Below are positions 8,535-20,803 of a stretch of DNA of 50,210 nt, piece by piece; position 1 is the first letter of the stretch; each line of letters begins with the position of its first letter. Below the pieces are notes generated by a model that was not told the origin of the DNA, did no database searches, and saw only the letters and a list, made by a program, of their open reading frames with translations. The stretch covers positions 1-50,210 of the forward strand of contig MNZQ01000162.1 of the NCBI GenBank assembly GCA_001873745.1. Reading direction: 5' to 3'. The DNA comes from Syntrophaceae bacterium CG2_30_58_14 (lineage in GTDB: Bacteria > Desulfobacterota > Syntrophia > Syntrophales > UBA5619). The translations under genes were made by a program, and so were the position numbers.

Positions 8535-9569
8535 CCTCTTTGCCGGTCCATCCTTCCGTTTTCTATCATCGAGATGATTATAAGCGCGGATCACCTCCTG
8601 CACGAGCGGATGTCGGACCACATCCAGTTCTGAGAAGTGGACGAAACGGATGCCATCGGTCTTGCAGAGGAGCCTCTCGGCTTCGACGAGACCGGACATC
8701 TTGTCCGTCGGGAGATCGATCTGCGTCACATCCCCGGTAATGACCGCCTTCGAGCCGTATCCGAGCCTCGTCAGGAACATCTTCATCTGTTCCGAGGTCG
8801 TATTCTGGGCCTCATCGAGGATCACGAAGGAGTCGTTCAAGGTTCGGCCTCTCATGAAGGCGAGAGGCGCTACCTCGATCACCCCTTTGTGGATCAGGGT
8901 CGAGGCCCGGTCAAAATCGATCATGTCAAAGAGGGCGTCATAAAGGGGACGCAGATAGGGGTTAACCTTTTCCGCGAGGTCTCCCGGAAGGAATCCCAGC
9001 TTTTCACCGGCTTCGACGGCTGGTCTGGCCAGGGAAATGCGGTTGACCTTCTTTTCGAGCAGTGCGGAAATGGCCATGGCCATCGCCAGATAGGTCTTCC
9101 CCGTACCCGCCGGTCCGATGCCGAAGACCATATCCGAGCTCCGGATCGCGTCGATGTAGGATTTCTGTGCGATGCTTTTGGGGGCGATGACCCGCTTCTT
9201 GGATGAAATGAATACCGTATCCAGAAAGATCCGCTGCAGATCCGCGGCGGCGTCTTCGGAGAGGATCCGATGGGCGTACTCGATATCCGCCGGGAAAAGC
9301 GGGTATCCCTTCCCCGATATTTGATACAATTGCGAAAGAAGATTCCGGATATGGAGGACGGAGATGGGGTCGCCGGTGATGGAGATCCCATTCCCCCGAA
9401 TCCCAAGATGGACCGCCGCGATCTTCTCGATGAGTCGGATGTTTCTGTCCTGCTCTCCACAGAGATTGCGCAGGGTTTCATTGTTGCCAAAATCGACACG
9501 CTCCGCAATGGCTGTTTTCGTCTTTTCTTTCAAATGGCCTCCATCCTTTATGGCGCGGTTTATCGGCAT
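8526..9569 (-). CDS. phoH: PhoH family ATPase (YbeZ-like)
   Basis: Walker A GPAGTGKTYLAMA, then ARPAVEAGEKLGFLPGDL and FVILDEAQN. The listed ORF reaches 9728 but would overlap the upstream M16 gene (stop 9601). In-frame ATG at 9569 (MPINRAIKDG...) gives a typical 347-aa protein. Confidence 0.85.
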   Translation of the reverse strand: MPINRAIKDGGHLKEKTKTAIAERVDFGNNETLRNLCGEQDRNIRLIEKIAAVHLGIRGNGISITGDPISVLHIRNLLSQLYQISGKGYPLFPADIEYAHRILSEDAAADLQRIFLDTVFISSKKRVIAPKSIAQKSYIDAIRSSDMVFGIGPAGTGKTYLAMAMAISALLEKKVNRISLARPAVEAGEKLGFLPGDLAEKVNPYLRPLYDALFDMIDFDRASTLIHKGVIEVAPLAFMRGRTLNDSFVILDEAQNTTSEQMKMFLTRLGYGSKAVITGDVTQIDLPTDKMSGLVEAERLLCKTDGIRFVHFSELDVVRHPLVQEVIRAYNHLDDRKRKDGPAKRKT

Positions 9570-9600
9570 AACCGATGGCCTTGAATGGGGCGCGGCGCCG

Positions 9601-11034
9601 TTAAAAGTTTGCTTCAACGCGGGTGACATTCCCAAATTTTGATGCAATCTCCCGATAAACATCATCGTTTCCGACAATGAGCAGGATCGCCCTCTTCGGA
9701 TCAAGCCGTATCGCCATATCCCGGACATCCGCTGCCGTAACCTTTTCGATTCTGGAGCGATAGGTCAGGAGATGATCCTCGGAGAGATCTTCATACGCGA
9801 TCATCAGTTGCTGAGAGGCGATCTTCTCCGCAGAGGTGAAGGAAAAAATGAAACTGTTCTGGATCGCCTTCTTCGCCCCTTCCAACTCCTCAGGGGAAAC
9901 GGGTTTCTGACCCATCTCCCGGAGGATCTCCTTGATCCGGGAGATCACCTGGACGGTGGACGCGGATTTCGTCAGCGCATAGGCGCCGAAGAGACCATAA
10001 TCCCCCTTTGCGTTGTAAAAACTGCCCGTGCTGTAGGCCAGCCCCAGATTGGTCCGAATTTCCTGAAAAATCCGGGAACGAAATCCCCCGCTCCCGACGA
10101 GAAAGTCCAGAACCTCAAAAGGATAGAATTGGGCATCCTTTTTGGCAGGCGCCAGCCAGCCGAAAATGGCGATCGATTGGGGTACATCTTTGGTCAGGAA
10201 ATAAATTCCACCGTTCTGTTGCCGGGGGAGGGGAGGGGTTTCCGGTCTCCTTTCCGACGAGCGCCAGCCCCCGAGATAACGTCCGATCAGGGCCTTGGCC
10301 TCCGGAATTTCGATATCACCGCTGATGGATATCATCACATTCTCCGGATGATAGAAAAGCTTGTGGCAGGCCAGCAGATCGTCCCGTTGGATCGCGAGGA
10401 TGGATGCGGATGTGGTCAATCTTCCGCGGGGAGTTCCCTCATGCATGAGACGACCGAACTCCCGGAAGGCGAGTTTCTGCGGATCATCCATAATCCGCCG
10501 CAGTTCCTCCAATTTCAGATCCTTCGCCAGGGTCAGCTTCAGCTCCTCGAAAGAGGGCTGTGTCAGAATCCGGGAAAAGAGCGCGAATCCCCGATCCAGA
10601 TCCTTCTTCAGTATCGAAAAGGAGAATACGCCGGAGTCGCGATTCACGGAGGCATGAAACGTGGCGGCGATCGATTCCAGCGTTTCATCCACCGCATCCC
10701 CGCTCATGCCGGCGATCCCCCCGGTCCCCATCATGGCGGCCGTCAGTTCGGCAACCCCCTCACGGCCGGCAGGGTCATACATGCTGCCGGTTCTGACGAC
10801 AACCTTGATCTTGACCAGGGGCAGTTCTTTATCGGGAAGGATGTAGAGGAGCAGGCCGTTTTCGAGCCGGAGGCGCTCGGCCCGAGGCGGGTCAAATGAG
10901 AGGGGTTTGTAGCGGATGCGATTCGGGTCGGGCAGCGCGGTGGGCGATGCGGCGGAGGCGATTCCGTTAACAACAAGAATCAAACTTAGAGAGAGGATCA
11001 TCACAAACGAGTTGTAAGAAAATTTCCGTTTCAT
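9601..11034 (-). CDS. M16 family (pitrilysin-like) peptidase subunit lacking the HxxEH zinc motif, secreted
   Basis: 477 aa with a signal peptide (MKRKFSYNSFVMILSLSLILVVNGIASA) and M16-type fold signatures. I found no HxxEH. It lies 3 nt downstream of the active-type M16 gene. Confidence 0.8.
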   Translation of the reverse strand: MKRKFSYNSFVMILSLSLILVVNGIASAASPTALPDPNRIRYKPLSFDPPRAERLRLENGLLLYILPDKELPLVKIKVVVRTGSMYDPAGREGVAELTAAMMGTGGIAGMSGDAVDETLESIAATFHASVNRDSGVFSFSILKKDLDRGFALFSRILTQPSFEELKLTLAKDLKLEELRRIMDDPQKLAFREFGRLMHEGTPRGRLTTSASILAIQRDDLLACHKLFYHPENVMISISGDIEIPEAKALIGRYLGGWRSSERRPETPPLPRQQNGGIYFLTKDVPQSIAIFGWLAPAKKDAQFYPFEVLDFLVGSGGFRSRIFQEIRTNLGLAYSTGSFYNAKGDYGLFGAYALTKSASTVQVISRIKEILREMGQKPVSPEELEGAKKAIQNSFIFSFTSAEKIASQQLMIAYEDLSEDHLLTYRSRIEKVTAADVRDMAIRLDPKRAILLIVGNDDVYREIASKFGNVTRVEANF

Positions 11035-11037
11035 CGT

Positions 11038-12585
11038 TCAGCGTTTCTTGATCAGGGTTGCGACCGTCCGATTTTCCGGCGTCAAATAGGTTCTGGCCGC
11101 CTGCCGAATATCGTCCGTCGTAATCCGGTCAATGGTGGCGGTGTATTCAACAAGGTAGCGATAATCACCCAGCAACGCCTCATAATAGGAGAGCATCCCG
11201 GCAAGGCCGGCATTGGAATCGAGTCCCCGGATGAAATCCGCCCGGATCTGATTTTTTACCTTTTCCAGCTCTGATTCGGAAACGGGTTCCCGCTGAAGCC
11301 TTTCGATCTCCAGTTCGATCGCCTGTTCCAGCTCGCCCAGGGTATGAGGGTGGCGCGGTGTGGCAAAGATAACAAACTGATTGGGATAGCGCGCGCCGGG
11401 CAGACCATTTGCCGCCTGAACGCTTTCCGCCAGCCCCTTTTCCTGAACGAGGGTTTTGAAAAGCCGTGAGCTCCTCCCCTTCGTCAGAATGGACTCGATC
11501 ATATCGAAGAGGTAATCGGCAAAGACCGGGGGGGGCGGTTTGTGGTAGCCGAGGATCATCTGTGGCTCCGCATCAAAAATCACTTCAACCCTTCTTTCCC
11601 CGTACTGACGCGGTTCTTCCGTGATTGGCGGAGACGCAAGCCTCTGTGCGGGGATCCGGCCAAAATATTTTTTGACCATCTTCAAAGCGGCGGACGGCTG
11701 AAGATCCCCGACCATGGCGATGACCGTATTGTTGGGTGCATGCATATCCCGGAAGTACTTAGTCATGTAAGCGATATCGAGGTAACGCATGTCCGACGGC
11801 CAGCCCAGAACCGGCCGCCGATAGGGATGGGCGATAAACGCCGCGGCCAGATAGCTTTCGAGCAGCTTGCCGTCCGGATCCGATTCGGAGCGCTGCCTCC
11901 ACTCCTCCATGACGACATCCCGCTCCGTGTAAAACTCGCGGAATACGGGATGAACCATGCGGTCGGCCTCGATTCTGGCCCAGAGTTCGATCCGGTTGGC
12001 GGGGATGCTGACCTGATAAGTGGTCAGGTCCTGACCTGTTGAGGCATTGAGCCCGACCGCGCCGTTTTCCGTGTAGAGACGGTCAATTTCGTTCGATACG
12101 GTAAGGCGCCGCTGCTGCTTCTGAAGGGCGGACAATTGATCGGTCAGCCGTGCGATAAGCGGAGAATGGGCCGCTTTGCCTTTCGCCTTTTCATGATCCA
12201 GGGCGGTTCCCACCCGTTCGATCCGGAGCAGGAGCTTTTTTTCTGCGGCGTAATTCCGGGCGCCGATGGTTGTCGTTCCCTTGAACATCATATGTTCCAA
12301 CAGATGCGCCGTTCCGGTTTTGCCGTCCGCCTCGTCCACGGCGCCTGCCCGATAACGGATGTAAATGGCAACCGTGGGGCTGAGATGCCTCTCCAACATG
12401 AGCAGCCGGAGACCATTCTTGAGGGTAAAGGTTTGAACCTTTTCCGCCAGCTCATAGGGAAAAAGGGGGGAGGGGAGAAGAAGCGGCAGGAAGAGGAGAA
12501 TTCCCAGGGTTGTGAAGATGACGCGCGGAATGAATGGTGATTTGCCAAAGCGACGCCGCCAGAGAAAGGATGAATTATTTCTCAT
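11038..12585 (-). CDS. M16 family zinc peptidase (active-site type)
   Basis: Inverted zincin motif HLLEHMMFKGT with a downstream E-rich region. 515 aa with a hydrophobic N-terminus. Confidence 0.88.
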   Translation of the reverse strand: MRNNSSFLWRRRFGKSPFIPRVIFTTLGILLFLPLLLPSPLFPYELAEKVQTFTLKNGLRLLMLERHLSPTVAIYIRYRAGAVDEADGKTGTAHLLEHMMFKGTTTIGARNYAAEKKLLLRIERVGTALDHEKAKGKAAHSPLIARLTDQLSALQKQQRRLTVSNEIDRLYTENGAVGLNASTGQDLTTYQVSIPANRIELWARIEADRMVHPVFREFYTERDVVMEEWRQRSESDPDGKLLESYLAAAFIAHPYRRPVLGWPSDMRYLDIAYMTKYFRDMHAPNNTVIAMVGDLQPSAALKMVKKYFGRIPAQRLASPPITEEPRQYGERRVEVIFDAEPQMILGYHKPPPPVFADYLFDMIESILTKGRSSRLFKTLVQEKGLAESVQAANGLPGARYPNQFVIFATPRHPHTLGELEQAIELEIERLQREPVSESELEKVKNQIRADFIRGLDSNAGLAGMLSYYEALLGDYRYLVEYTATIDRITTDDIRQAARTYLTPENRTVATLIKKR

Positions 12586-12814
12586 CGGGTTGATTCTTCT
12601 CCAACGAAAGAAGTGCGTGAACCTGAAAAGCCGGATAGAGGATTCCGACGATACTTACCAGAATCATCAGACTGGAGGAGAAAAAATACATGATGAATTC
12701 CAATGGGTTTCTGAGATGAAACGCGCCGACCAGGTTCTCGACGCCGAAGATGAGAAAAAAAAGAGAAAAAAGGGCGATCAGGATCATTTTCCCCCACCAG
12801 AGGCCTGAACCCAT
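12575..12814 (-). CDS. Small hypothetical membrane protein (2 TM)
   Basis: ORF 12575..12847. ATG at 12814 is preceded by AAGGAG with a 9-nt spacing (MGSGLWWGKMILIALFSLFFLIF...). It overlaps the start of the M16 gene by 11 nt. Confidence 0.5.
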   Translation of the reverse strand: MGSGLWWGKMILIALFSLFFLIFGVENLVGAFHLRNPLEFIMYFFSSSLMILVSIVGILYPAFQVHALLSLEKNQPDEK

Positions 12815-13057
12815 GGACTTCTTCTCCTTTGAAGGGATGGGGCTCAAAATAAGGTGACGACGAGATCCGCTTGTGCCGTCGTATCTGTGCGCTGGAAAGT
12901 CAATCTCCAGAAAGGTTGGCCCTCAAACGGGTGATTCTCACCACAGGACCCTGTCGTTCTTTAAGTGTTGCAATCCAGCATCACGATTCACTAACGGGCA
13001 CAGCAGACCCGCCGTCGATCCTTATATACCCATATCCAGACCGATTGTCAAGTCTCT

Positions 13058-15037
<1,980 letters not shown>

Positions 15038-15038
15038 C

Positions 15039-18000
15039 ATGATGAAACACGCCGATTTCGTCCATTTGCATGTTCATACGCAGTACAGCCTCCTCGACGG
15101 CACGATTCGTCTGGATGACCTTTTCCGGAAGGCGAAAGAGTATCAGATGCCCGCCGTGGCGATGACCGATCACGGCAATCTTTACGGCGCCATCGATTTC
15201 TATAAGCATGCCTATCAATACGGGATCAAACCGATCATCGGCTGCGAGCTGTACGTGGCGCCGAAAAGCCGTTTTGACAAGACCGGTCATGGAACCGGGG
15301 AGACGGCGCACCATTTGATCGTTCTTGCCCGGAACATGCAGGGATACCGGAATCTCATGAAATTATCGACCGCGGGATTTCTGGACGGTTTTTACTACCG
15401 CCCGCGAATCGACAAGGAGATCCTGAAACAGCACCGCGAGGGGCTGATCGGGCTGAGCGCCTGCCTTCATGGAGAAATTGCAGCCCAGTTGCTCCGGGGA
15501 AATTCCGAAGAGGCCGAGCGGACGGCAGAGGAATACCGGGCTATTTTCGGTGAGGGGAATTACTTCATTGAAATCATGGAAAACGGCCTTCCCGAACAGA
15601 AGAAGGCCAACGAGGGGTTGATCGAGCTCAGCCGCAAACTCGGGTTGCCGCTGGTGGCGACCAATGATTGCCACTATCTGAGGCAGGAGGACGCCGAGGC
15701 GCACGAGGTGCTGCTCTGCATTCAGACGGGCAAGACCATTGAAGATTCAGACCGGATGCGGTTTGGGACCGATCAGTTCTATTTCCGCTCCCCCGACGAG
15801 ATGATCCGGCTGTTTTCCTACTGCCCGGAGGCGATCGCGAATACGGTCCAAATCGCTGAAAAATGTAACCTTACCTTTGAATTCGGCAAGTTCTTCCTGC
15901 CCAATTTTGAGATCAACCCCGATGAAACGCTGGATGAACGCCTGAAAAAGGCGGCGCGGGAAGGTCTCGCGATGATTCTGCCGAACATCCTGAAGGGTCA
16001 GAAAGAGGATGAGAGGGGGATACCTTGCGGCAAGGTGTCCCCGGACCTCTATGAAAAAAGACTCCAGCAGGAGTTGGAGATCATCCGTTCGATGGGATTT
16101 GCGGGATATTTTCTCATTGTTTCCGATTTCATCCAGTACGCCAAGAAGAAGAATATTCCGGTCGGACCCGGCAGGGGCTCGGCTGCCGGCAGCCTCGTCG
16201 CCTATGCGACCGGAATCACCAGCATCGACCCCATTCGTTATAACCTTTTTTTTGAAAGATTCCTCAATCCGGACCGGATCAGCATGCCGGATATCGATAC
16301 CGATTTCTGTCCGGAGGGAAGGGATGAAATCATCCGCTATGTGACGGAAAAATACGGGAGCGACAAGGTATCCCAGATCATCACCTTCGGGAAAATGCAG
16401 GCGAGGGCCGTCATCCGGGATGTCGGCAGGGCGTTGAACATCCCCTACGGCGAGGTGGACCGGATCGCCAAACTGATTCCCAACGTCCTCAACATCAAGT
16501 TGGAGGAGGCGATTAAAAGGGAACCCCGTCTTCAGGATGAGCAGAAGGGCAATCCCCGGATCAAGAAACTGATCGACCTTTCCCTGGCGCTGGAAGGGCT
16601 GAACCGCCACTCTTCAACCCATGCGGCGGGGGTTGTGATCTCGGATCTACCCCTGGTGGATCGAATTCCGCTCTGTAAAAGCCCCAAGGAGGACGTCGTT
16701 ACGCAGTTTTCCATGAACGATATCTCCGATGTCGGGCTGACAAAATTCGATTTTCTCGGATTGAAAACCCTGACGGTCATCAGAGACGCCCTCCGCTTTG
16801 TTCGTGAGGGGCGGGGGATTGAGGTCGATCTTGTCAACCTTCCGCTCGATGACCGGCAGACCTATGAATTGCTCATGCGGGGCGATACCGACGGGATTTT
16901 CCAGCTTGAAAGTTCAGGCATGAAAGACGTTCTGGTCCGGATGAAGCCGGACTGCATCGAGGATGTCATCGCCCTGATCGCGCTCTATCGCCCCGGTCCC
17001 ATGGACAATATTCCCGAATTCATTGCGAGAAAACAGGGTCGAACCAAGATCGTCTATGAGGCGCCCGAATTAGAGGCGATTCTGAAGGAGACCTATGGCG
17101 TTATCGTCTATCAGGAGCAGGTGATGCAGATCGCCGTGGCCGTCGGCGGCTATTCCCTCTCCGAGGCGGACACCCTCCGCAAGGTCATGAGCAAGAAGAA
17201 GACCGAGGAGATGGAAGGGAAAGAAAAACCGAAGTTTCTGGAAGGTGCGCGGAAGAAGAAGATCCCCGAGGCCAGGGCCGCAAAGATCTGGGAACAGATG
17301 GAAACCTTTGGGAAATACGGTTTCAACAAATCACACAGCACCGCCTATGCGATCATTTCCTATCAGACGGCCTACCTGAAGGCCCATTACCCGGCGGAAT
17401 TCATGGCCGCGCTCTTGACCAGCGAAAAGGACAACCGGGACAAGATCATCAGCCATATCGGCAGTTGCCGGGAGATGGGGATCAATGTCCTTCCACCCGA
17501 CATCAATGAATCGATGAGTGATTTCAGCGTAGTGGGCGAAAATATCCGTTTCGGGCTTGCGGCGGTCAAGAATGTCGGCAGCGGTGCGATCGAGTCGATC
17601 ATCAAAGTCCGGAAGGCGGCGGAACCTTTCCGATCCATTGTCGATTTCTGCGATCGCGTCGATCCGCGAAAGGCGAACAAAAGGGTTCTCGAAAGTCTGA
17701 TCAAGTGCGGGGCCTTCGATTCGACGGGCCACAACCGGCGGCAACTGATGACCTTCTATGAAGAGATCATGGACAAGGCGCAGAAACGCCAGCGGGAAAG
17801 GGCCAGCGGCCAGGCGAACCTGCTCGATCAGTTCGAACAGAAAGACGACCGCACCTCCCCAAACGGCGGCCATTCGGATGCCGGCCTCCCCGAAATCTCC
17901 GAGTGGGATCACAAGGAGCTGCTGGCGCACGAAAAGGAGACCATCGGTTTTTATATTACGGGACACCCGCTGTCGCGCTATGCCGACCGCCTGGGGATGA

Positions 18001-18539
18001 TCGTGACGGCGGATTCCTCCAACCTTGCCGGCAGGACCGATCGGGAAGCGGTCATCTTGGCCGGAATCGTAAGCGCCATCCGTGAGGTGCAAACGAGGCG
18101 CAAGGAAACCATGGCATACGTAACCGTTGAGGATCTAAAGGGATCAGCCACGGTCATCTTTTTCCCCGAAGTATATCAGGGCTGCTATGATCTCCTGCAT
18201 GGTGAAGAGCCCCTGCTGATCAAGGGAACCGTCGATATCGGGGAAGAGAGTGTCAAGGTCATTGCCGCGGAGGCAACGCTTCTGGCAAAAGCGGCCGATA
18301 AACCGTATAACTCGGCCTATTTTACGATTGAAGTGAATCGATCCACCGCCGATGATATCGACGCGCTCTGCCTTTGCCTTCGAAAGCACGTTGGAAAACA
18401 GGATGGATATATCAAGCTGGTTGAGGAGCGATGCGAAACGGTGATCTACCTTGGGGAGGATATAAAACTGGACCTCAGCCAGCACCTGAAAAAAGAGGCC
18501 GAACGGATTCTGGGAATCGGTGCGATACAATTTATGTAG
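15039..18539 (+). CDS. dnaE: DNA polymerase III alpha subunit
   Basis: 1166 aa. PHP domain FVHLHVHTQYSLLDG, polymerase core (PDIDTDF, GLLKFDFLGL-type LTKFDFLGLKTL), and an OB-fold C-terminus. Confidence 0.97.
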   Translation: MMKHADFVHLHVHTQYSLLDGTIRLDDLFRKAKEYQMPAVAMTDHGNLYGAIDFYKHAYQYGIKPIIGCELYVAPKSRFDKTGHGTGETAHHLIVLARNMQGYRNLMKLSTAGFLDGFYYRPRIDKEILKQHREGLIGLSACLHGEIAAQLLRGNSEEAERTAEEYRAIFGEGNYFIEIMENGLPEQKKANEGLIELSRKLGLPLVATNDCHYLRQEDAEAHEVLLCIQTGKTIEDSDRMRFGTDQFYFRSPDEMIRLFSYCPEAIANTVQIAEKCNLTFEFGKFFLPNFEINPDETLDERLKKAAREGLAMILPNILKGQKEDERGIPCGKVSPDLYEKRLQQELEIIRSMGFAGYFLIVSDFIQYAKKKNIPVGPGRGSAAGSLVAYATGITSIDPIRYNLFFERFLNPDRISMPDIDTDFCPEGRDEIIRYVTEKYGSDKVSQIITFGKMQARAVIRDVGRALNIPYGEVDRIAKLIPNVLNIKLEEAIKREPRLQDEQKGNPRIKKLIDLSLALEGLNRHSSTHAAGVVISDLPLVDRIPLCKSPKEDVVTQFSMNDISDVGLTKFDFLGLKTLTVIRDALRFVREGRGIEVDLVNLPLDDRQTYELLMRGDTDGIFQLESSGMKDVLVRMKPDCIEDVIALIALYRPGPMDNIPEFIARKQGRTKIVYEAPELEAILKETYGVIVYQEQVMQIAVAVGGYSLSEADTLRKVMSKKKTEEMEGKEKPKFLEGARKKKIPEARAAKIWEQMETFGKYGFNKSHSTAYAIISYQTAYLKAHYPAEFMAALLTSEKDNRDKIISHIGSCREMGINVLPPDINESMSDFSVVGENIRFGLAAVKNVGSGAIESIIKVRKAAEPFRSIVDFCDRVDPRKANKRVLESLIKCGAFDSTGHNRRQLMTFYEEIMDKAQKRQRERASGQANLLDQFEQKDDRTSPNGGHSDAGLPEISEWDHKELLAHEKETIGFYITGHPLSRYADRLGMIVTADSSNLAGRTDREAVILAGIVSAIREVQTRRKETMAYVTVEDLKGSATVIFFPEVYQGCYDLLHGEEPLLIKGTVDIGEESVKVIAAEATLLAKAADKPYNSAYFTIEVNRSTADDIDALCLCLRKHVGKQDGYIKLVEERCETVIYLGEDIKLDLSQHLKKEAERILGIGAIQFM

Positions 18540-18656
18540 TTGTGCTTTGGAATATCATGATCCATAAAGTTTACATAACATATCTTATAAGACATAAACG
18601 GAAACAGGGTATTCGCGGCGGAGGAGCTCCACCTTGGTCGATTCGAAAAAAATTGT

Positions 18657-19604
18657 TTAAATTCCGGCTTCGGCAAGTTTATGGATCAGTTGGAGCTGTT
18701 TGTCATTGATTTTTCGGGGAACGTCAATGCTGATCTTCACAAACTGGTCCCCCTTGGAAGAGTCGGCGCCTTTGAGACCGGGAACGCCATAGCCTTTCAT
18801 CCGGATCTTCGTACCGTTCTGCGTCCCGGCCGGGACCTTGATTCTCTTGAGCGCACCGTCGATCGTCGGAACCTCGATGGTGCTCCCAAGGACGGCCTGG
18901 GTGAAGGAGATCGATTTTTCGATGAAGATATCGTTCCCATCCCTGGCGAAGAGCGGATGCGGGAGAACGGTGATGTTCAGATAGAGATCGCCGGAAGGGC
19001 CGCCTTGAACTCCGGCATATCCCTTGCCTGAAAGCCTCAGTTTCTTTCCTGTGCTGATCCCCGCTGGAATCTTTACGCTGATTTCATGGACCTCATGATC
19101 CTGCTGAAGGGCAAGCTTTTTCTCGACGCCGGATACAGCTTCCTCTAATGTTATTGATATGTTGTAATGAAGATCTTCCCCCTTCTGCGGCGTTTCATAA
19201 TGGGGCTGCCCCTGTCGGAAGAGCTCGGCGAACGGATCGCCGCCGGTTTGGAAGGTGAAACCGCCGCGCCGGCCGGCGCCCCGGAACCCCCGTTCATTCC
19301 CTCCCCGGCCGCCAAATCCGAATTCCCGAAGGATCTCATTGAGATTGACGTTCCGGAAGATATCCTCCTGGCTGTAGCGCCGGCTGAACTGATCCGATCC
19401 GAAGCTTTCGTATTGCTTGCGTTTTTCAGGATCGCTCAACACCGCGTAGGCCTCGCTGATCTTCTTGAACTTCTCCTCCGCCTCGCGGTTTCCGGGGTTC
19501 CGGTCGGGGTGATACTTCAGGGCCAGCTTGCGATAGGCCTTCTTGATCGCCTCCGCATCGGCGTTTTTCTCAACACCCAGCGTTTTGTAATAGTCATCTG
19601 CCAT
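18657..19604 (-). CDS. cbpA: DnaJ-class co-chaperone without zinc finger (CbpA-like)
   Basis: J domain [33 protein letters not shown], a G/F-rich linker and C-terminal substrate-binding domains. No CxxCxGxG repeats. Confidence 0.85.
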   Translation of the reverse strand: MADDYYKTLGVEKNADAEAIKKAYRKLALKYHPDRNPGNREAEEKFKKISEAYAVLSDPEKRKQYESFGSDQFSRRYSQEDIFRNVNLNEILREFGFGGRGGNERGFRGAGRRGGFTFQTGGDPFAELFRQGQPHYETPQKGEDLHYNISITLEEAVSGVEKKLALQQDHEVHEISVKIPAGISTGKKLRLSGKGYAGVQGGPSGDLYLNITVLPHPLFARDGNDIFIEKSISFTQAVLGSTIEVPTIDGALKRIKVPAGTQNGTKIRMKGYGVPGLKGADSSKGDQFVKISIDVPRKINDKQLQLIHKLAEAGI

Positions 19605-19694
19605 ACTCTACTCCACCGACCTTTCCTGACCTTTCCCCTGCCCTTCTCCGCTCTTTCCGACACCCCTGAAGCAGCCGCAGATCCTCCGGCGCCA

Positions 19695-20372
19695 TCAGCC
19701 CAAAATGGCCAGTTTTCTTTTTAGATACAAGGTCATGAGCGGATCCGTGGTCTTCTCCAGGGCCTTCCGGTAGAACCCGGCAGCCTTCACGGGATCGTTT
19801 TTCGCCTCATAGATCCTCGCGATATTGCTGTAATTGAGCGCCTCGAAAGATGGTGCTGAACTTGTTTTCATTGCCATATCATAGGCTTCCAGCGCTTTGT
19901 TCAAGTCTTTCTTTGCCTCCTGGCAGGCGCCAAGGCCGCTGTATGCCAAGGTCATTAAATCGCTTTCAACAGAAGCGTTCTTCAGAAAATCCTGATAGGC
20001 GCTGATGGCGGCATCGTACTCACGGCGACCCAAATAGAGGTTTCCGAGACGGTAATCGGCCGTGACGGCCGCACGGCTCCGCGGGTATTGGGAGATGAGA
20101 TCCTTGTATCCCTTGATCGCCGCTGCGTCTCCGGCCGGAGAACCCACTTTTGCAGCGGCTTCAAATGTCTGGTTGTATATCTTCCCCGCGCTGGTCTGGT
20201 AGTGGACCCGGTAGAGGTACCAGCCGCCGGCCAAGAGCGCGATCAGGAAGAATATTCCTCCTCCGGCATAGATTCTGGCCCGGTGCTTTTCAGCAAACGC
20301 CCGGACACTGAGAAAGAGAAGCTGAAGTTTGTCCGGTTCGTTCAGTTCATGTTTGTCCAATTTTGCTGCCAT
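19695..20372 (-). CDS. Membrane-anchored tetratricopeptide repeat protein (YfgM-like)
   Basis: A single N-terminal TM (IYAGGGIFFLIALLAGGWYLY) followed by TPR-like repeats (AAVTADYRLGNLYLGRREYDAAISAYQ..., YSGLGACQEAKKDLNKALEAYD). Confidence 0.65.
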   Translation of the reverse strand: MAAKLDKHELNEPDKLQLLFLSVRAFAEKHRARIYAGGGIFFLIALLAGGWYLYRVHYQTSAGKIYNQTFEAAAKVGSPAGDAAAIKGYKDLISQYPRSRAAVTADYRLGNLYLGRREYDAAISAYQDFLKNASVESDLMTLAYSGLGACQEAKKDLNKALEAYDMAMKTSSAPSFEALNYSNIARIYEAKNDPVKAAGFYRKALEKTTDPLMTLYLKRKLAILG

Positions 20373-20380
20373 GGTTTTCC

Positions 20381-20803
20381 CTATTCTCCTTTAAGTTTTG
20401 GATAAAATGAGCGGGTTTTCTCCGCAATGACCGCCGGGATGCGGATGATTTTCCCGGCCCGGTCCGTGCAGGCATGAATCGTATAACCATCTGTAAGCAG
20501 TTTTTCCCGCTTTTCATCCCAGATGAGGTATGTGAATTTCATGCTGGCCCGCCTCAGATACGCGATCTCCGTTTCCACGAAAATCAGATCATCGTAATGC
20601 GTCGGCAGAAGATAATGACAATAGACCTGCGTCAGGGGCAGATTGAACCCGGCCGCCTCCACCTCCGTATAGACGATTCCCATATCCCGGAAGAGTTCGG
20701 TCCGTCCGACCTCGAACCAGCGGATATAATTGGTGTGATAGACGATGCCCATCGCATCGGTATCGGCATAGATGGCGCGGATCTTAACGGGTGTTCTGTT
20801 CAA
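20381..20803 (-). CDS. Acyl-CoA thioesterase, 4HBT/YbgC family
   Basis: 140 aa. IRAIYADTDAMGIVYHTNYIRWFEVGRTE is the hot-dog fold YbgC-type signature. Confidence 0.8.
   Translation of the reverse strand: MNRTPVKIRAIYADTDAMGIVYHTNYIRWFEVGRTELFRDMGIVYTEVEAAGFNLPLTQVYCHYLLPTHYDDLIFVETEIAYLRRASMKFTYLIWDEKREKLLTDGYTIHACTDRAGKIIRIPAVIAEKTRSFYPKLKGE

Noticed and set aside
9570-9728. Longer PhoH start (listed ORF to 9728)
   Set aside because: It would overlap the last 128 nt of the upstream M16 gene. PhoH similarity begins after the internal ATG at 9569.
18620-18656. tRNA-like GGTCGATTCG plus A-run near the dnaE/cbpA convergent junction
   Set aside because: No acceptor stem, D-arm or anticodon arm can be drawn around it. 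It is probably just an AT-rich spacer with a short GGAGCTCC palindrome.
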